Counted from the first letter of the stretch, positions 56,047 through 62,656 are shown. The stretch: 64,000 nt of DNA from a virus (IMGVR_UViG_3300024264_000029:664-64663), one strand, 5' to 3'. Numbers and translations are program-made. Notes: generated from the letters alone by a model not told the origin.

Positions 56047-56290
56047 CTTTTTTTCTTCCTAACAGATTTTGTTGCTGTTTTTCCAACAACTGGTCACGAA
56101 TATCAACAACACTTTCGTTGTTAACCATATCAATTATTAAATTAGTAAGATTTATTTCTTGATTCAGATAGTATACTTTTTGTTTCAACTTGTCAAGTTG
56201 TTTTAAGTAATATTCCAATTCTTTTTCTTTTCTGACTTTTTGTTCAATATAGTCAGTAAGCAAAATTAATTTTTTTTCTTTTTCGGTCAT
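56030..56290 (-). CDS. Coiled-coil hypothetical protein
   Basis: LILL.D.IEQK.RKEKEL.YY. Confidence 0.7.
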   Translation of the reverse strand: MTEKEKKLILLTDYIEQKVRKEKELEYYLKQLDKLKQKVYYLNQEINLTNLIIDMVNNESVVDIRDQLLEKQQQNLLGRKKDDSET

Positions 56291-56308
56291 TACAATTCCA
56301 ATATTAAA

Positions 56309-56384
56309 TGGTGCCCGTCGAGAGACTTGAACTCCCGACCTACTGATTACAAATCAGTTGCTCTACCAACTGAGCTAGACGGGC
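56309..56384 (-). tRNA. tRNA-Thr(UGU)
   Basis: Cloverleaf; anticodon loop TTTGTAA; GTTCAAG T-loop; encoded CCA. Confidence 0.95.
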
Positions 56385-56561
56385 CTATTTAAGTGTCATC
56401 TCAATTTTAACCAGTACTACACTACCATCAATTTCCATTGCAGCAAAAGTGTCTGCTTGTTGAATTCCCATTTCTTTAAAATTTTTAGTAGTTGATAAAC
56501 GAATGTTGCCGTCACTATCAGTGTTCCATGTATCTTTATTTGCTGTCACTTGATTTCTCAT
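56385..56561 (-). CDS. 58-aa hypothetical protein
   Basis: MRNQVTANKDTWNTDSDGNIRL...VKIEMTLK; fills the gap between the SET gene and tRNA-Thr. Confidence 0.55.
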   Translation of the reverse strand: MRNQVTANKDTWNTDSDGNIRLSTTKNFKEMGIQQADTFAAMEIDGSVVLVKIEMTLK

Positions 56562-56564
56562 TAT

Positions 56565-56849
56565 TTACTCCATATTATAAAAAGTATATTCACATGTTAT
56601 TTCTTCACCCGACCTAATGTCTCTGGTCGCCACGATAAAGTATCTACTGTCTCTTCTAACCTTTTCTATGTTAGGTTCGCTAGAATGGTTGTAGAATGCG
56701 CCTATAGGGGTTCGTATTAGTTCTTCCCCCCAATGAAAGTGAGACATACCTAATTCAGTACCCTTTGCAATTGGTTTACATGCAAACAGTCCTAGTCCTT
56801 CAATATCAGAATTATGAATTGTTAAAAAGTCTGGTAAAGGTTTATACAT
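56565..56849 (-). CDS. Minimal SET-domain methyltransferase
   Basis: S.IEGLGLFA...I.KG, FYNHS.EPN and ATRDI.SGEEIT.EY. Confidence 0.88.
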   Translation of the reverse strand: MYKPLPDFLTIHNSDIEGLGLFACKPIAKGTELGMSHFHWGEELIRTPIGAFYNHSSEPNIEKVRRDSRYFIVATRDIRSGEEITCEYTFYNME

Positions 56850-56861
56850 CTTTTTCTTTCT

Positions 56862-56936
56862 TGGCTCCGGCGGTAGGGGTCGAACCTACGACCAATTGAT
56901 TAACAGTCAACTGCTCTACCACTGAGCTACGCCGGA
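56862..56936 (-). tRNA. tRNA-Asn(GUU)
   Basis: Cloverleaf; anticodon loop CTGTTAA; encoded CCA. Confidence 0.95.
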
Positions 56937-56943
56937 ATGTTTT

Positions 56944-57020
56944 TGGTCGGAGTTAGAGGATTCGAACCTCTGACCCTCTGCTCCCAAAGCAGATGCGCTA
57001 CCAGACTGCGCTAAACTCCG
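56944..57020 (-). tRNA. tRNA-Pro(UGG)
   Basis: Cloverleaf; anticodon loop TTTGGGA; encoded CCA. Confidence 0.95.
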
Positions 57021-57178
57021 TTTCTTGTTAAAAGATCGAGAACAACATTTAATTCATAAATTGCTTTATCTAAAACTAAATGTGCAGTTTGATTATCATT
57101 CTTTTTCTTTTCTTCGTGAAGAAACTCTAATCTTACCTTTATATAGTCTTCTGCTTCAGGTTTGCTTCCTCTACGCAT
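57011..57178 (-). CDS. 55-aa hypothetical protein whose stop codon lies inside tRNA-Pro
   Basis: MRRGSKPEAEDYIKVRLEFLHEEKKK...LTRNGV*; TGAGGA RBS. Confidence 0.6.
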   Translation of the reverse strand: MRRGSKPEAEDYIKVRLEFLHEEKKKNDNQTAHLVLDKAIYELNVVLDLLTRNGV

Positions 57179-57201
57179 AATATATCCTCATTTTATTGGT
57201 T

Positions 57202-57248
57202 GTGGGATTAACCATGATCCCACGCGCACTTATTAAGTTCAGTGACCC
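57202..57248 (-). ncRNA. Unnamed two-hairpin RNA motif, copy B
   Basis: GGGT-CACT-GAACTTAATA-AGTG-CGC-GTGGGAT-CATGGTTA-ATCCCAC. Confidence 0.75.
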
Positions 57249-57301
57249 TTTTGTGTGTCTTCTGCGACATTGCAAGGTAACAACACTTGACCTTTATTAA
57301 T

Positions 57302-57515
57302 GTGTAGGTGGGATTTAGGAATACCCACAATTCCAGAATGATACATCCTCTATCAAACTATCTGAAAAGCCTCATATCAAACTAGTTAGGTTTGAAATCT
57401 AGCACTCCCTGTCTCCAGAGTCTACCAGTGTCACTACAACTATGAGCCAAGTTAGGGGCTGTATTACCCCCATTTCCTTGCACTACAATCCCTACTCCGT
57501 CGAGTTTGGATTTTT
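57302..57515 (-). ncRNA. Structured ncRNA resembling the manA RNA motif
   Basis: ORF-free, multi-hairpin region directly 3' of tRNA-Gly. Blocks AAUCC, GUGCAAGGAAA, GAGGC and UUGUGGGUA...AAUCCCACCU resemble manA as I recall it. Confidence 0.55.
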
Positions 57516-57519
57516 TATT

Positions 57520-57593
57520 TGGAGCGGATGGAGAGAATCGAACTCTCGGCTTTAGATTGGAAATCTAAGGTATTACCATTATACGACATCCGC
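57520..57593 (-). tRNA. tRNA-Gly(UCC)
   Basis: Cloverleaf; anticodon loop TTTCCAA; encoded CCA. Confidence 0.93.
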
Positions 57594-57594
57594 A

Positions 57595-57906
57595 TTAAAC
57601 TTCTATATCTACAAATTCACCTTCCGTATAGGCAGCTGGAACACTAGTTCCATAAGCATCATATCTTGCCTTTGCTTGGTCTCTCAACGATTGAATTTCT
57701 TTCATACGTTCTTCAACTTGTCGAGTTTGTTGCAGTTTAAGATCAGTACGTGTAGATGCTTCAACAACACGAATACGTTCCTTTTCCATAGGAGGCATAA
57801 TATGCTCACTATTTGGATAGACATTAGGATGTCCATAAATTTGCGCTTGTATTTTTTGATGCATATCAAATGGCATTCCATTAGTCGGTAGCGTTTTCAT
57901 TTTCAT
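57595..57906 (-). CDS. Hypothetical protein
   Basis: 103 aa; GAAAGGA RBS; ends GEFVDIEV. Confidence 0.65.
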   Translation of the reverse strand: MKMKTLPTNGMPFDMHQKIQAQIYGHPNVYPNSEHIMPPMEKERIRVVEASTRTDLKLQQTRQVEERMKEIQSLRDQAKARYDAYGTSVPAAYTEGEFVDIEV

Positions 57907-57917
57907 CCTTTCCTAAT

Positions 57918-57994
57918 TGGCCTCCACTAGAGGATTCGAACCTCTGACCTAGTGCTTAGAAGGCACTTGCTCTATCCAGCTGAGCTAAGTGGAG
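57918..57994 (-). tRNA. tRNA-Arg(UCU)
   Basis: Cloverleaf; anticodon loop CTTCTAA; encoded CCA. Confidence 0.95.
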
Positions 57995-58014
57995 TTTTGT
58001 TTCTTACTTAATAT

Positions 58015-58043
58015 AATCTATCATATAAAATATGATTCGTCAA
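58015..58043 (-). promoter_or_regulatory. Sigma70-type promoter of the tRNA cluster
   Basis: TTGACG-N17-TAGATT with an overlapping GANTC site. Confidence 0.65.
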
Positions 58044-58049
58044 TAGTTT

Positions 58050-58235
58050 TTATCCACTTAAAGCTTTAGCAATTTGTCTTTTTTTATGATCCCGGCCCAT
58101 TATATATGCTAGTTCAAATAATCTGGCCAGTTTTGGATCGTTTTCAATATAATTTTCATTTCCAACAATAACAGTTCCTGTATTAGTATCTACAGAAACG
58201 TTATAAATTCCATCTTCTTGATATTCAATACTCAA
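58050..58235 (-). CDS. Hypothetical early protein
   Basis: 61-aa ORF in a co-oriented run. Confidence 0.5.
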   Translation of the reverse strand: MSIEYQEDGIYNVSVDTNTGTVIVGNENYIENDPKLARLFELAYIMGRDHKKRQIAKALSG

Positions 58236-58239
58236 AAGA

Positions 58240-58431
58240 TTAACCCTTCATAAATTGTAAGGCAGAAAAGCGCATATGTTCATAATTGCTCCATGCTTTA
58301 TCAAAAAGTTCTTGATTTTCTTCTGAGTTTGGTGTAGAAAACTCACTCAAAAATTGAACTTGGGCCTCATTATATTCTAATCCTCTAGAATACAATTCAC
58401 CAACTCTCATTGATACTCGATCTTCTGCCAT
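58240..58431 (-). CDS. Hypothetical early protein
   Basis: 63 aa; AAGGAG RBS. Confidence 0.65.
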   Translation of the reverse strand: MAEDRVSMRVGELYSRGLEYNEAQVQFLSEFSTPNSEENQELFDKAWSNYEHMRFSALQFMKG

Positions 58432-58579
58432 CTTCGAACTCCTTTTCTATTTCTGTTATCATATTATGCAATTTAAAAAACGACATATCTATATGTATAT
58501 CAGGCGTTTCACTTTTTCTATAGAATTTTAAGAAATTGCTACGAATTTCTAATAAATCCACTAAATATTTTTGTTCCAT
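58397..58579 (-). CDS. Hypothetical early protein
   Basis: 60 aa; GAGGAAGG upstream. Confidence 0.55.
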   Translation of the reverse strand: MEQKYLVDLLEIRSNFLKFYRKSETPDIHIDMSFFKLHNMITEIEKEFEDGRRSSINESW

Positions 58580-58773
58580 ATCCGGCCTTCCTCGACCACA
58601 TCTTGAACAGCATGTAAATAATCACGATCTTCGTCGCTCATATGTGCAAAATATATGCTAACACTATCCATAAGAGAAAAAACCTTGTCAGGTTCCTTTA
58701 AATGCTCATTGTTTTCCATCATCCATTGAATTTGATCCATCAATGGTAAAATTTTTGCTTGTATTCGGTTCAT
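58561..58773 (-). CDS. Hypothetical early protein
   Basis: 70 aa; TAATG coupling to the upstream gene. Confidence 0.65.
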   Translation of the reverse strand: MNRIQAKILPLMDQIQWMMENNEHLKEPDKVFSLMDSVSIYFAHMSDEDRDYLHAVQDVVEEGRIWNKNI

Positions 58774-58937
58774 TATCCAGTATCCATTTTTCCAGACCGA
58801 ATCATTGCAGTAGAATTGCCAGAAAAATGTTCTTGAGATAACTCAGAATGTAATGAACGAGATTGCTCCTGCGTCAATCCCACCCACATTTCTTTTTCTT
58901 GAGTTTGCCAATTTACTATTCGTTCAACATACCACAT
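58773..58937 (-). CDS. Hypothetical early protein
   Basis: MWYVERIVNWQ...; GGAGG RBS and TAATG coupling favour the start at 58937. Confidence 0.6.
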   Translation of the reverse strand: MWYVERIVNWQTQEKEMWVGLTQEQSRSLHSELSQEHFSGNSTAMIRSGKMDTG

Positions 58938-59365
58938 TATGCGGCCTCCATTTCTTGTGTTGCAGTACAAACATAAGGTTTGTTCCATTTACCAACGTTA
59001 ATATCGATATAATACGCAGTATCAAAATAATCAATTTGTGCGTTAGTGTTATTATACCATATTGTACCTTTCATTGCAGCAACCAGTTCTTCAAAAAACT
59101 GAGAAGCTTCACCGTATGTCTCAGGATAATAAGTGTTAACTTGAATATATCCTTCATTCGCGTAGTAAGATGTACCCCGCCGTTCAGAGATTTCTTTGTT
59201 TTTCTCATTGGCGATACCAATAAAATCAAAGACACCTTCTTTGATGTTCACAACGAGAGAAGAGTGATTGTTAATAGCAATTGAACCCTTCACACCGAAC
59301 TTTTGCAACACCGATTTGATAGCGGGAGCAAGTTCTTTTTTCATCTTTTGCGAAATATAAGCCAT
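58937..59365 (-). CDS. Conserved phage hypothetical early protein ending in -AA
   Basis: MAYISQ..KK.LAP.IK.VL.KFGVKGSI...DYFDTAYYIDINVGKWNKPY; GAGGAA RBS. Confidence 0.75.
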   Translation of the reverse strand: MAYISQKMKKELAPAIKSVLQKFGVKGSIAINNHSSLVVNIKEGVFDFIGIANEKNKEISERRGTSYYANEGYIQVNTYYPETYGEASQFFEELVAAMKGTIWYNNTNAQIDYFDTAYYIDINVGKWNKPYVCTATQEMEAA

Positions 59366-59403
59366 AATATAAAGTTCCTCAGTTTTTTTCACGTTACTCA
59401 TAC

Positions 59404-59432
59404 AGTATAGTGTATGATTCTCTATTTGTCAA
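59404..59432 (-). promoter_or_regulatory. Early sigma70-type promoter
   Basis: TTGACA-N17-TATACT with GANTC in the spacer. Confidence 0.75.
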
Positions 59433-59767
59433 GGGCTAAAAAAGAATTTATTGCAGATTTCTTCAATTTTTTCTGCTGCTAAATCCCATTTATATAACCA
59501 ATGTTCTAATTTTTGATAACAATATGCGTCTGCTGTCAAATCAAACATTTCATAATCGTCTTCTTCTTGCTGATATAATTTTCTAACTGCCTGTCTCCAA
59601 GTATTCTGGCCATTTTCCATAATATCAGTAACACAATGGTCGAATCTATTAAATTGTTCTTCGTAATATTCGTCAAAATTAGGCTCTCGGTTCTCATCAA
59701 ATTCCCAAAGGCCTTTTTCTTGTAGTTCTACTACATAACTTCCTATTCTAGACATATTATTCTCCAT
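59429..59767 (-). CDS. Hypothetical acidic protein
   Basis: 112-aa ORF. Confidence 0.65.
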   Translation of the reverse strand: MENNMSRIGSYVVELQEKGLWEFDENREPNFDEYYEEQFNRFDHCVTDIMENGQNTWRQAVRKLYQQEEDDYEMFDLTADAYCYQKLEHWLYKWDLAAEKIEEICNKFFFSP

Positions 59768-60194
59768 TTATTTGTAAAAATTGTGACGCAAGAACGTCTT
59801 CTAATTCGTATGCCTCCTTTTCATGTGGACGTTTCATGTAATCAGTATCAGTTGAGAAGGTTTTACCTTTGAAACTCATTCGATCTGATCGCGATTGACG
59901 CAATTCGTTCTTTGCGTACTGTTTAACATGCACCAATTCGTGGCACAATGTTTTTATAAAAGCTGTATCGTTCTGTAAACTATCGACACGCACAGTGAAC
60001 TCCCGATCATCTTCATCAAGACAATCGCCAAGTACACCTTCTTTTCCTGATAAGTTTTGAATTAGCTCAACATTTAGTAAAACTCTCTGAGTTTTAGGAA
60101 ATATTTGAGACTTTACAAAGGAACATACCTTTGCAGCGAGTTTTCTTCTATTTTTTCCAGAACCAGAAATGTCTAGAAATTCAAAGTCAACCAT
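59757..60194 (-). CDS. Zincin-type metallopeptidase-like protein
   Basis: TLCHELVHVKQY (HExxH) and Y..RP.E.EAY. Confidence 0.75.
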   Translation of the reverse strand: MVDFEFLDISGSGKNRRKLAAKVCSFVKSQIFPKTQRVLLNVELIQNLSGKEGVLGDCLDEDDREFTVRVDSLQNDTAFIKTLCHELVHVKQYAKNELRQSRSDRMSFKGKTFSTDTDYMKRPHEKEAYELEDVLASQFLQINGE

Positions 60195-60223
60195 TTATTC
60201 ACCTATAATTACGATTCGTATAT

Positions 60224-60252
60224 AGTTTACGATATTTTAATCACAATGTCAA
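60224..60252 (-). promoter_or_regulatory. Early sigma70-type promoter
   Basis: TTGACA-N17-TAAACT with CGAATCG near +1. Confidence 0.7.
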
Positions 60253-60254
60253 GT

Positions 60255-60473
60255 CTATTCTTCGGTAATTGTGATCCTAATACCATGATTTTTGGCCATT
60301 TTTTCATATAGGCCATCTATTGTTTCTTTATCATGATTTAATGCCTCTTCAACACTAGTTAGTGCATCTTCGACACCCTGCCTATACCCTTCTGTTTGTG
60401 ATTTTTTACCACTAAAGTATAGGGCGACTAACAAAAAGGTTCCAAAAAAACCAGCTGTAGTATAATCAATCAT
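60255..60473 (-). CDS. Hypothetical protein with N-terminal TM segment
   Basis: MIDYTTAGFFGTFLLVALYFSG...; start re-assigned from the ORF track. Confidence 0.6.
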   Translation of the reverse strand: MIDYTTAGFFGTFLLVALYFSGKKSQTEGYRQGVEDALTSVEEALNHDKETIDGLYEKMAKNHGIRITITEE

Positions 60474-60577
60474 TATTTCTCTTTCTATTTTTTCTATTGT
60501 GTAACCAAACATCCAAAAATTCAATACCGAATACAAAAACTGTCAAAACCAGTACTGAAATGCCAATTATAACATAA

Positions 60578-60784
60578 TCATTCATTGTTAAAATATGAAT
60601 CTATGTCTGCAATCAAATTATGACACCGTTCTCTATCATATGGTGTTAAAAAATCTGCTTGCAAAAGCTGTTTCATATCCAACCCAACTTTGGTTAGTAT
60701 TTCTTCAGAGTATTTTAGCTTATGCTCTGCGTCATACATTCTTTCTTTTAAGTATGTGTCAAAATCTAATTGTCCATCCATCAT
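60578..60784 (-). CDS. Hypothetical protein
   Basis: 68 aa; AGGAG RBS. Confidence 0.65.
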   Translation of the reverse strand: MMDGQLDFDTYLKERMYDAEHKLKYSEEILTKVGLDMKQLLQADFLTPYDRERCHNLIADIDSYFNNE

Positions 60785-60797
60785 AATCTCCTAATAT

Positions 60798-60974
60798 TTA
60801 TTCCTTACTTTCGATCAAACGATAGAAAGTTAAATCACCACGCATCGCTGCGGATGATGTTTCGGAAAGTTCTTCTTCTCTCCAGAGTGCTTTCTCAGCA
60901 TCTGATTTAAGTATGAAAGTTTGAGTGCTGTTCCACTCACCGTTATTAATTCTTTTCTGTAAAATCCAAGCCAT
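60798..60974 (-). CDS. 58-aa hypothetical protein
   Basis: MAWILQKRINNGEWNS...; AAGGAG RBS; TAATG coupling. Confidence 0.65.
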   Translation of the reverse strand: MAWILQKRINNGEWNSTQTFILKSDAEKALWREEELSETSSAAMRGDLTFYRLIESKE

Positions 60975-61186
60975 TAATACTCCTTATGAAAACCACCGTC
61001 TTCATTTTGTTCATAACCAGCCCAGTAATCAGCAATTTCATCTTCATTCATATCTTCTACGCCGATGCGTTCAGATTGATATGTAGAACCAACATAATAA
61101 TGTGGGTCAGGAGTCCTAAGATAGTAACTATCCGCACTCCCACGATCATAAGGGCCGCCGTGTCGCTCTCTATATTTATGTGTCAT
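60974..61186 (-). CDS. Conserved phage hypothetical protein
   Basis: RHGGPYDRGSADSYY.R..DPHYY...EI..Y.AGY. Confidence 0.75.
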   Translation of the reverse strand: MTHKYRERHGGPYDRGSADSYYLRTPDPHYYVGSTYQSERIGVEDMNEDEIADYWAGYEQNEDGGFHKEY

Positions 61187-61374
61187 GAGAACTCCACCCC
61201 ACTTTCGAACATATCAAAAGCAGAAACAAAATTCAATTCACCATCGGAAAGTTCGACAGTGAACTGAATGTCTGGAGTTCCACCATAACAGACACGACGA
61301 TCTACCACAGGATTCCCCATGATTTGTGTAGCAGTCCACACGGTTTCCATAAAAGTTTTCAATTGAGAATTCAT
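61183..61374 (-). CDS. Hypothetical early protein
   Basis: 63 aa, directly downstream of an early promoter; ATGA coupling. Confidence 0.65.
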   Translation of the reverse strand: MNSQLKTFMETVWTATQIMGNPVVDRRVCYGGTPDIQFTVELSDGELNFVSAFDMFESGVEFS

Positions 61375-61406
61375 AACGAATCACTTTCCTTTTTGAGTAC
61401 TCTTAT

Positions 61407-61435
61407 ATAATATCAAATGATAACCTGCGTGTCAA
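61407..61435 (-). promoter_or_regulatory. Early sigma70-type promoter with ATAAGAGTA...GTGATTCG leader
   Basis: TTGACA-N17-TATTAT. Confidence 0.7.
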
Positions 61436-61443
61436 GGGCCCTG

Positions 61444-61923
61444 CTAAAATTTATTTAAATATTTTGCAATATGGCCAACAAATGGCAATAACATAATGGC
61501 CATTAGAAGGTTAGCGCCCGTATGTGCCAATGCGATTCTAAACGTGTCTCCTTTTGGCATGCCATCTGAGACTAAAATCCCTGCAAGCCAGATGGTTCCT
61601 GTCGTTCCTATATTCGCCCCTAGAACAGCACCAATCGCAGCAGGGAGCGGCAAAGCACCAGACGCAACTAATGCAATGATTGCGGTTGTACTTAAACTTG
61701 ATGATTGCCATAACAAAGTCATGATGATTCCACCAAAGAACATGTATAGCGGATTTCCTAAGAAAAACGAAAGATGTTCCATGTTCCCCATAGACTTCAT
61801 GCCTCCAGAGAATGTCTTTAATCCGATATAGAATATTACCAGACCTACTAGTGCCGTAATGACAGGGTTTCCTAAATCCATTTTCTTTACCTTTTTCCAA
61901 AGTTTCTTATTTTGTTTTTTCAT
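61444..61923 (-). CDS. Na+/Pi cotransporter family protein (single-repeat, half size)
   Basis: G...T.LWQSSS.ST..II.LV.SG.L....AI..VLGANIGTT.T signature of NptA/SLC34. Confidence 0.85.
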   Translation of the reverse strand: MKKQNKKLWKKVKKMDLGNPVITALVGLVIFYIGLKTFSGGMKSMGNMEHLSFFLGNPLYMFFGGIIMTLLWQSSSLSTTAIIALVASGALPLPAAIGAVLGANIGTTGTIWLAGILVSDGMPKGDTFRIALAHTGANLLMAIMLLPFVGHIAKYLNKF

Positions 61924-61997
61924 AGAGTATTTCCTTCTAATACCTCACACAATAATTTATATTTGTTTTCTTGCCCATGACCCGCTAATTTTTGCCC

Positions 61998-62059
61998 TTG
62001 ACTTTCTCAACAGTTTCAGTTACATTATAAGAGTAATAAGAAAGGTGATTCGAAATGAT
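61998..62059 (+). promoter_or_regulatory. Early promoter plus leader cassette, copy 1
   Basis: TTGACT-N17-TACATT; the 41-bp block 62019..62059 is repeated at 62305..62345. Confidence 0.75.
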
Positions 62060-62300
62060 TAAGAACAACTCAGAAATTCTTCGTGAAGCGCTTCTCACTC
62101 TCTCCCCCAGAGAAGAACGTGTCATTCGAATGCGCTATGGAATTAACGGTGTCGGGGAGCACACTCTCGGCGAAATCGGATATATTTTCAACTTGTCTGT
62201 TGAACGCATTCGTCAAATCCAAGCCAGAGCCGAACGGAAACTGAAACATCCTTCGCGTTCTGTGGATCTTCGCTCGATTTTAGTTGACATTGCTGCATAA
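62055..62300 (+). CDS. Stand-alone RpoD (sigma70) region 4 domain protein
   Basis: L.TLSPREERVIRMRYGI....HTL.EIG..F.LS.ERIRQI.A.A.RKLKHPSRS..LRS closely follows the RpoD C-terminus. Confidence 0.88.
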   Translation: MIKNNSEILREALLTLSPREERVIRMRYGINGVGEHTLGEIGYIFNLSVERIRQIQARAERKLKHPSRSVDLRSILVDIAA

Positions 62301-62345
62301 GTCTGTTACATTATAAGAGTAATAAGAAAGGTGATTCGAAATGAT
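62284..62345 (+). promoter_or_regulatory. Early promoter plus leader cassette, copy 2
   Basis: TTGACA-N17-TACATT followed by the identical leader and RBS. Confidence 0.75.
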
Positions 62346-62505
62346 ACAATATCTTCCTAGAAAACTTCAATACGCTGCGGGCTATTCAGTCTCAGTGATG
62401 TCCAGAGTTTCAGCGATGCTGACATCTCACGCAACAATAACGACTGTCTCGTTTCTTCTGAACGTTGCATTCCTTGTTTCAATTCTTCTGATGGTGAAAG
62501 GTTAA
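62341..62505 (+). CDS. 54-aa protein with C-terminal TM segment
   Basis: MIQYLPRKLQYAAG...FLLNVAFLVSILLMVKG; starts at the cassette ATG. Confidence 0.65.
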   Translation: MIQYLPRKLQYAAGYSVSVMSRVSAMLTSHATITTVSFLLNVAFLVSILLMVKG

Positions 62506-62509
62506 ACCC

Positions 62510-62656
62510 ATGTACATTGTGAAATACACACTCTACCGCAAATACCACCACGAAAAGACCTTTGATGACTACGAGTCTGCAAGAGGTTTCTTCTATGGCA
62601 TCTCACGCAAATGCCGTGGTTCAAAATGCACGAAGGCAGAACTCATCTGCCTCTAA
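62510..62656 (+). CDS. 48-aa hypothetical protein
   Basis: MYIVKYTLYRKYHHEKTFDDYESARGFFYGISRK...; GAAAGGT upstream. Confidence 0.55.
   Translation: MYIVKYTLYRKYHHEKTFDDYESARGFFYGISRKCRGSKCTKAELICL

Noticed and set aside
57202-57248. Assignment of motif B to SAM-V, SAM-SAH, pistol or HDV-like families
   Set aside because: Only short word matches (TGAAC..GTGCGC, GGTTA). The required pairings are absent and copy A lacks TGAAC.
56309-57994. Suppressor tRNAs or an alternative genetic code
   Set aside because: All five anticodons are standard sense anticodons, and long genes end normally at TAA, TAG or TGA under code 11.
62357-62551. 64-aa minus-strand ORF
   Set aside because: It is antisense to two plus-strand ORFs that follow a clear promoter/RBS cassette.
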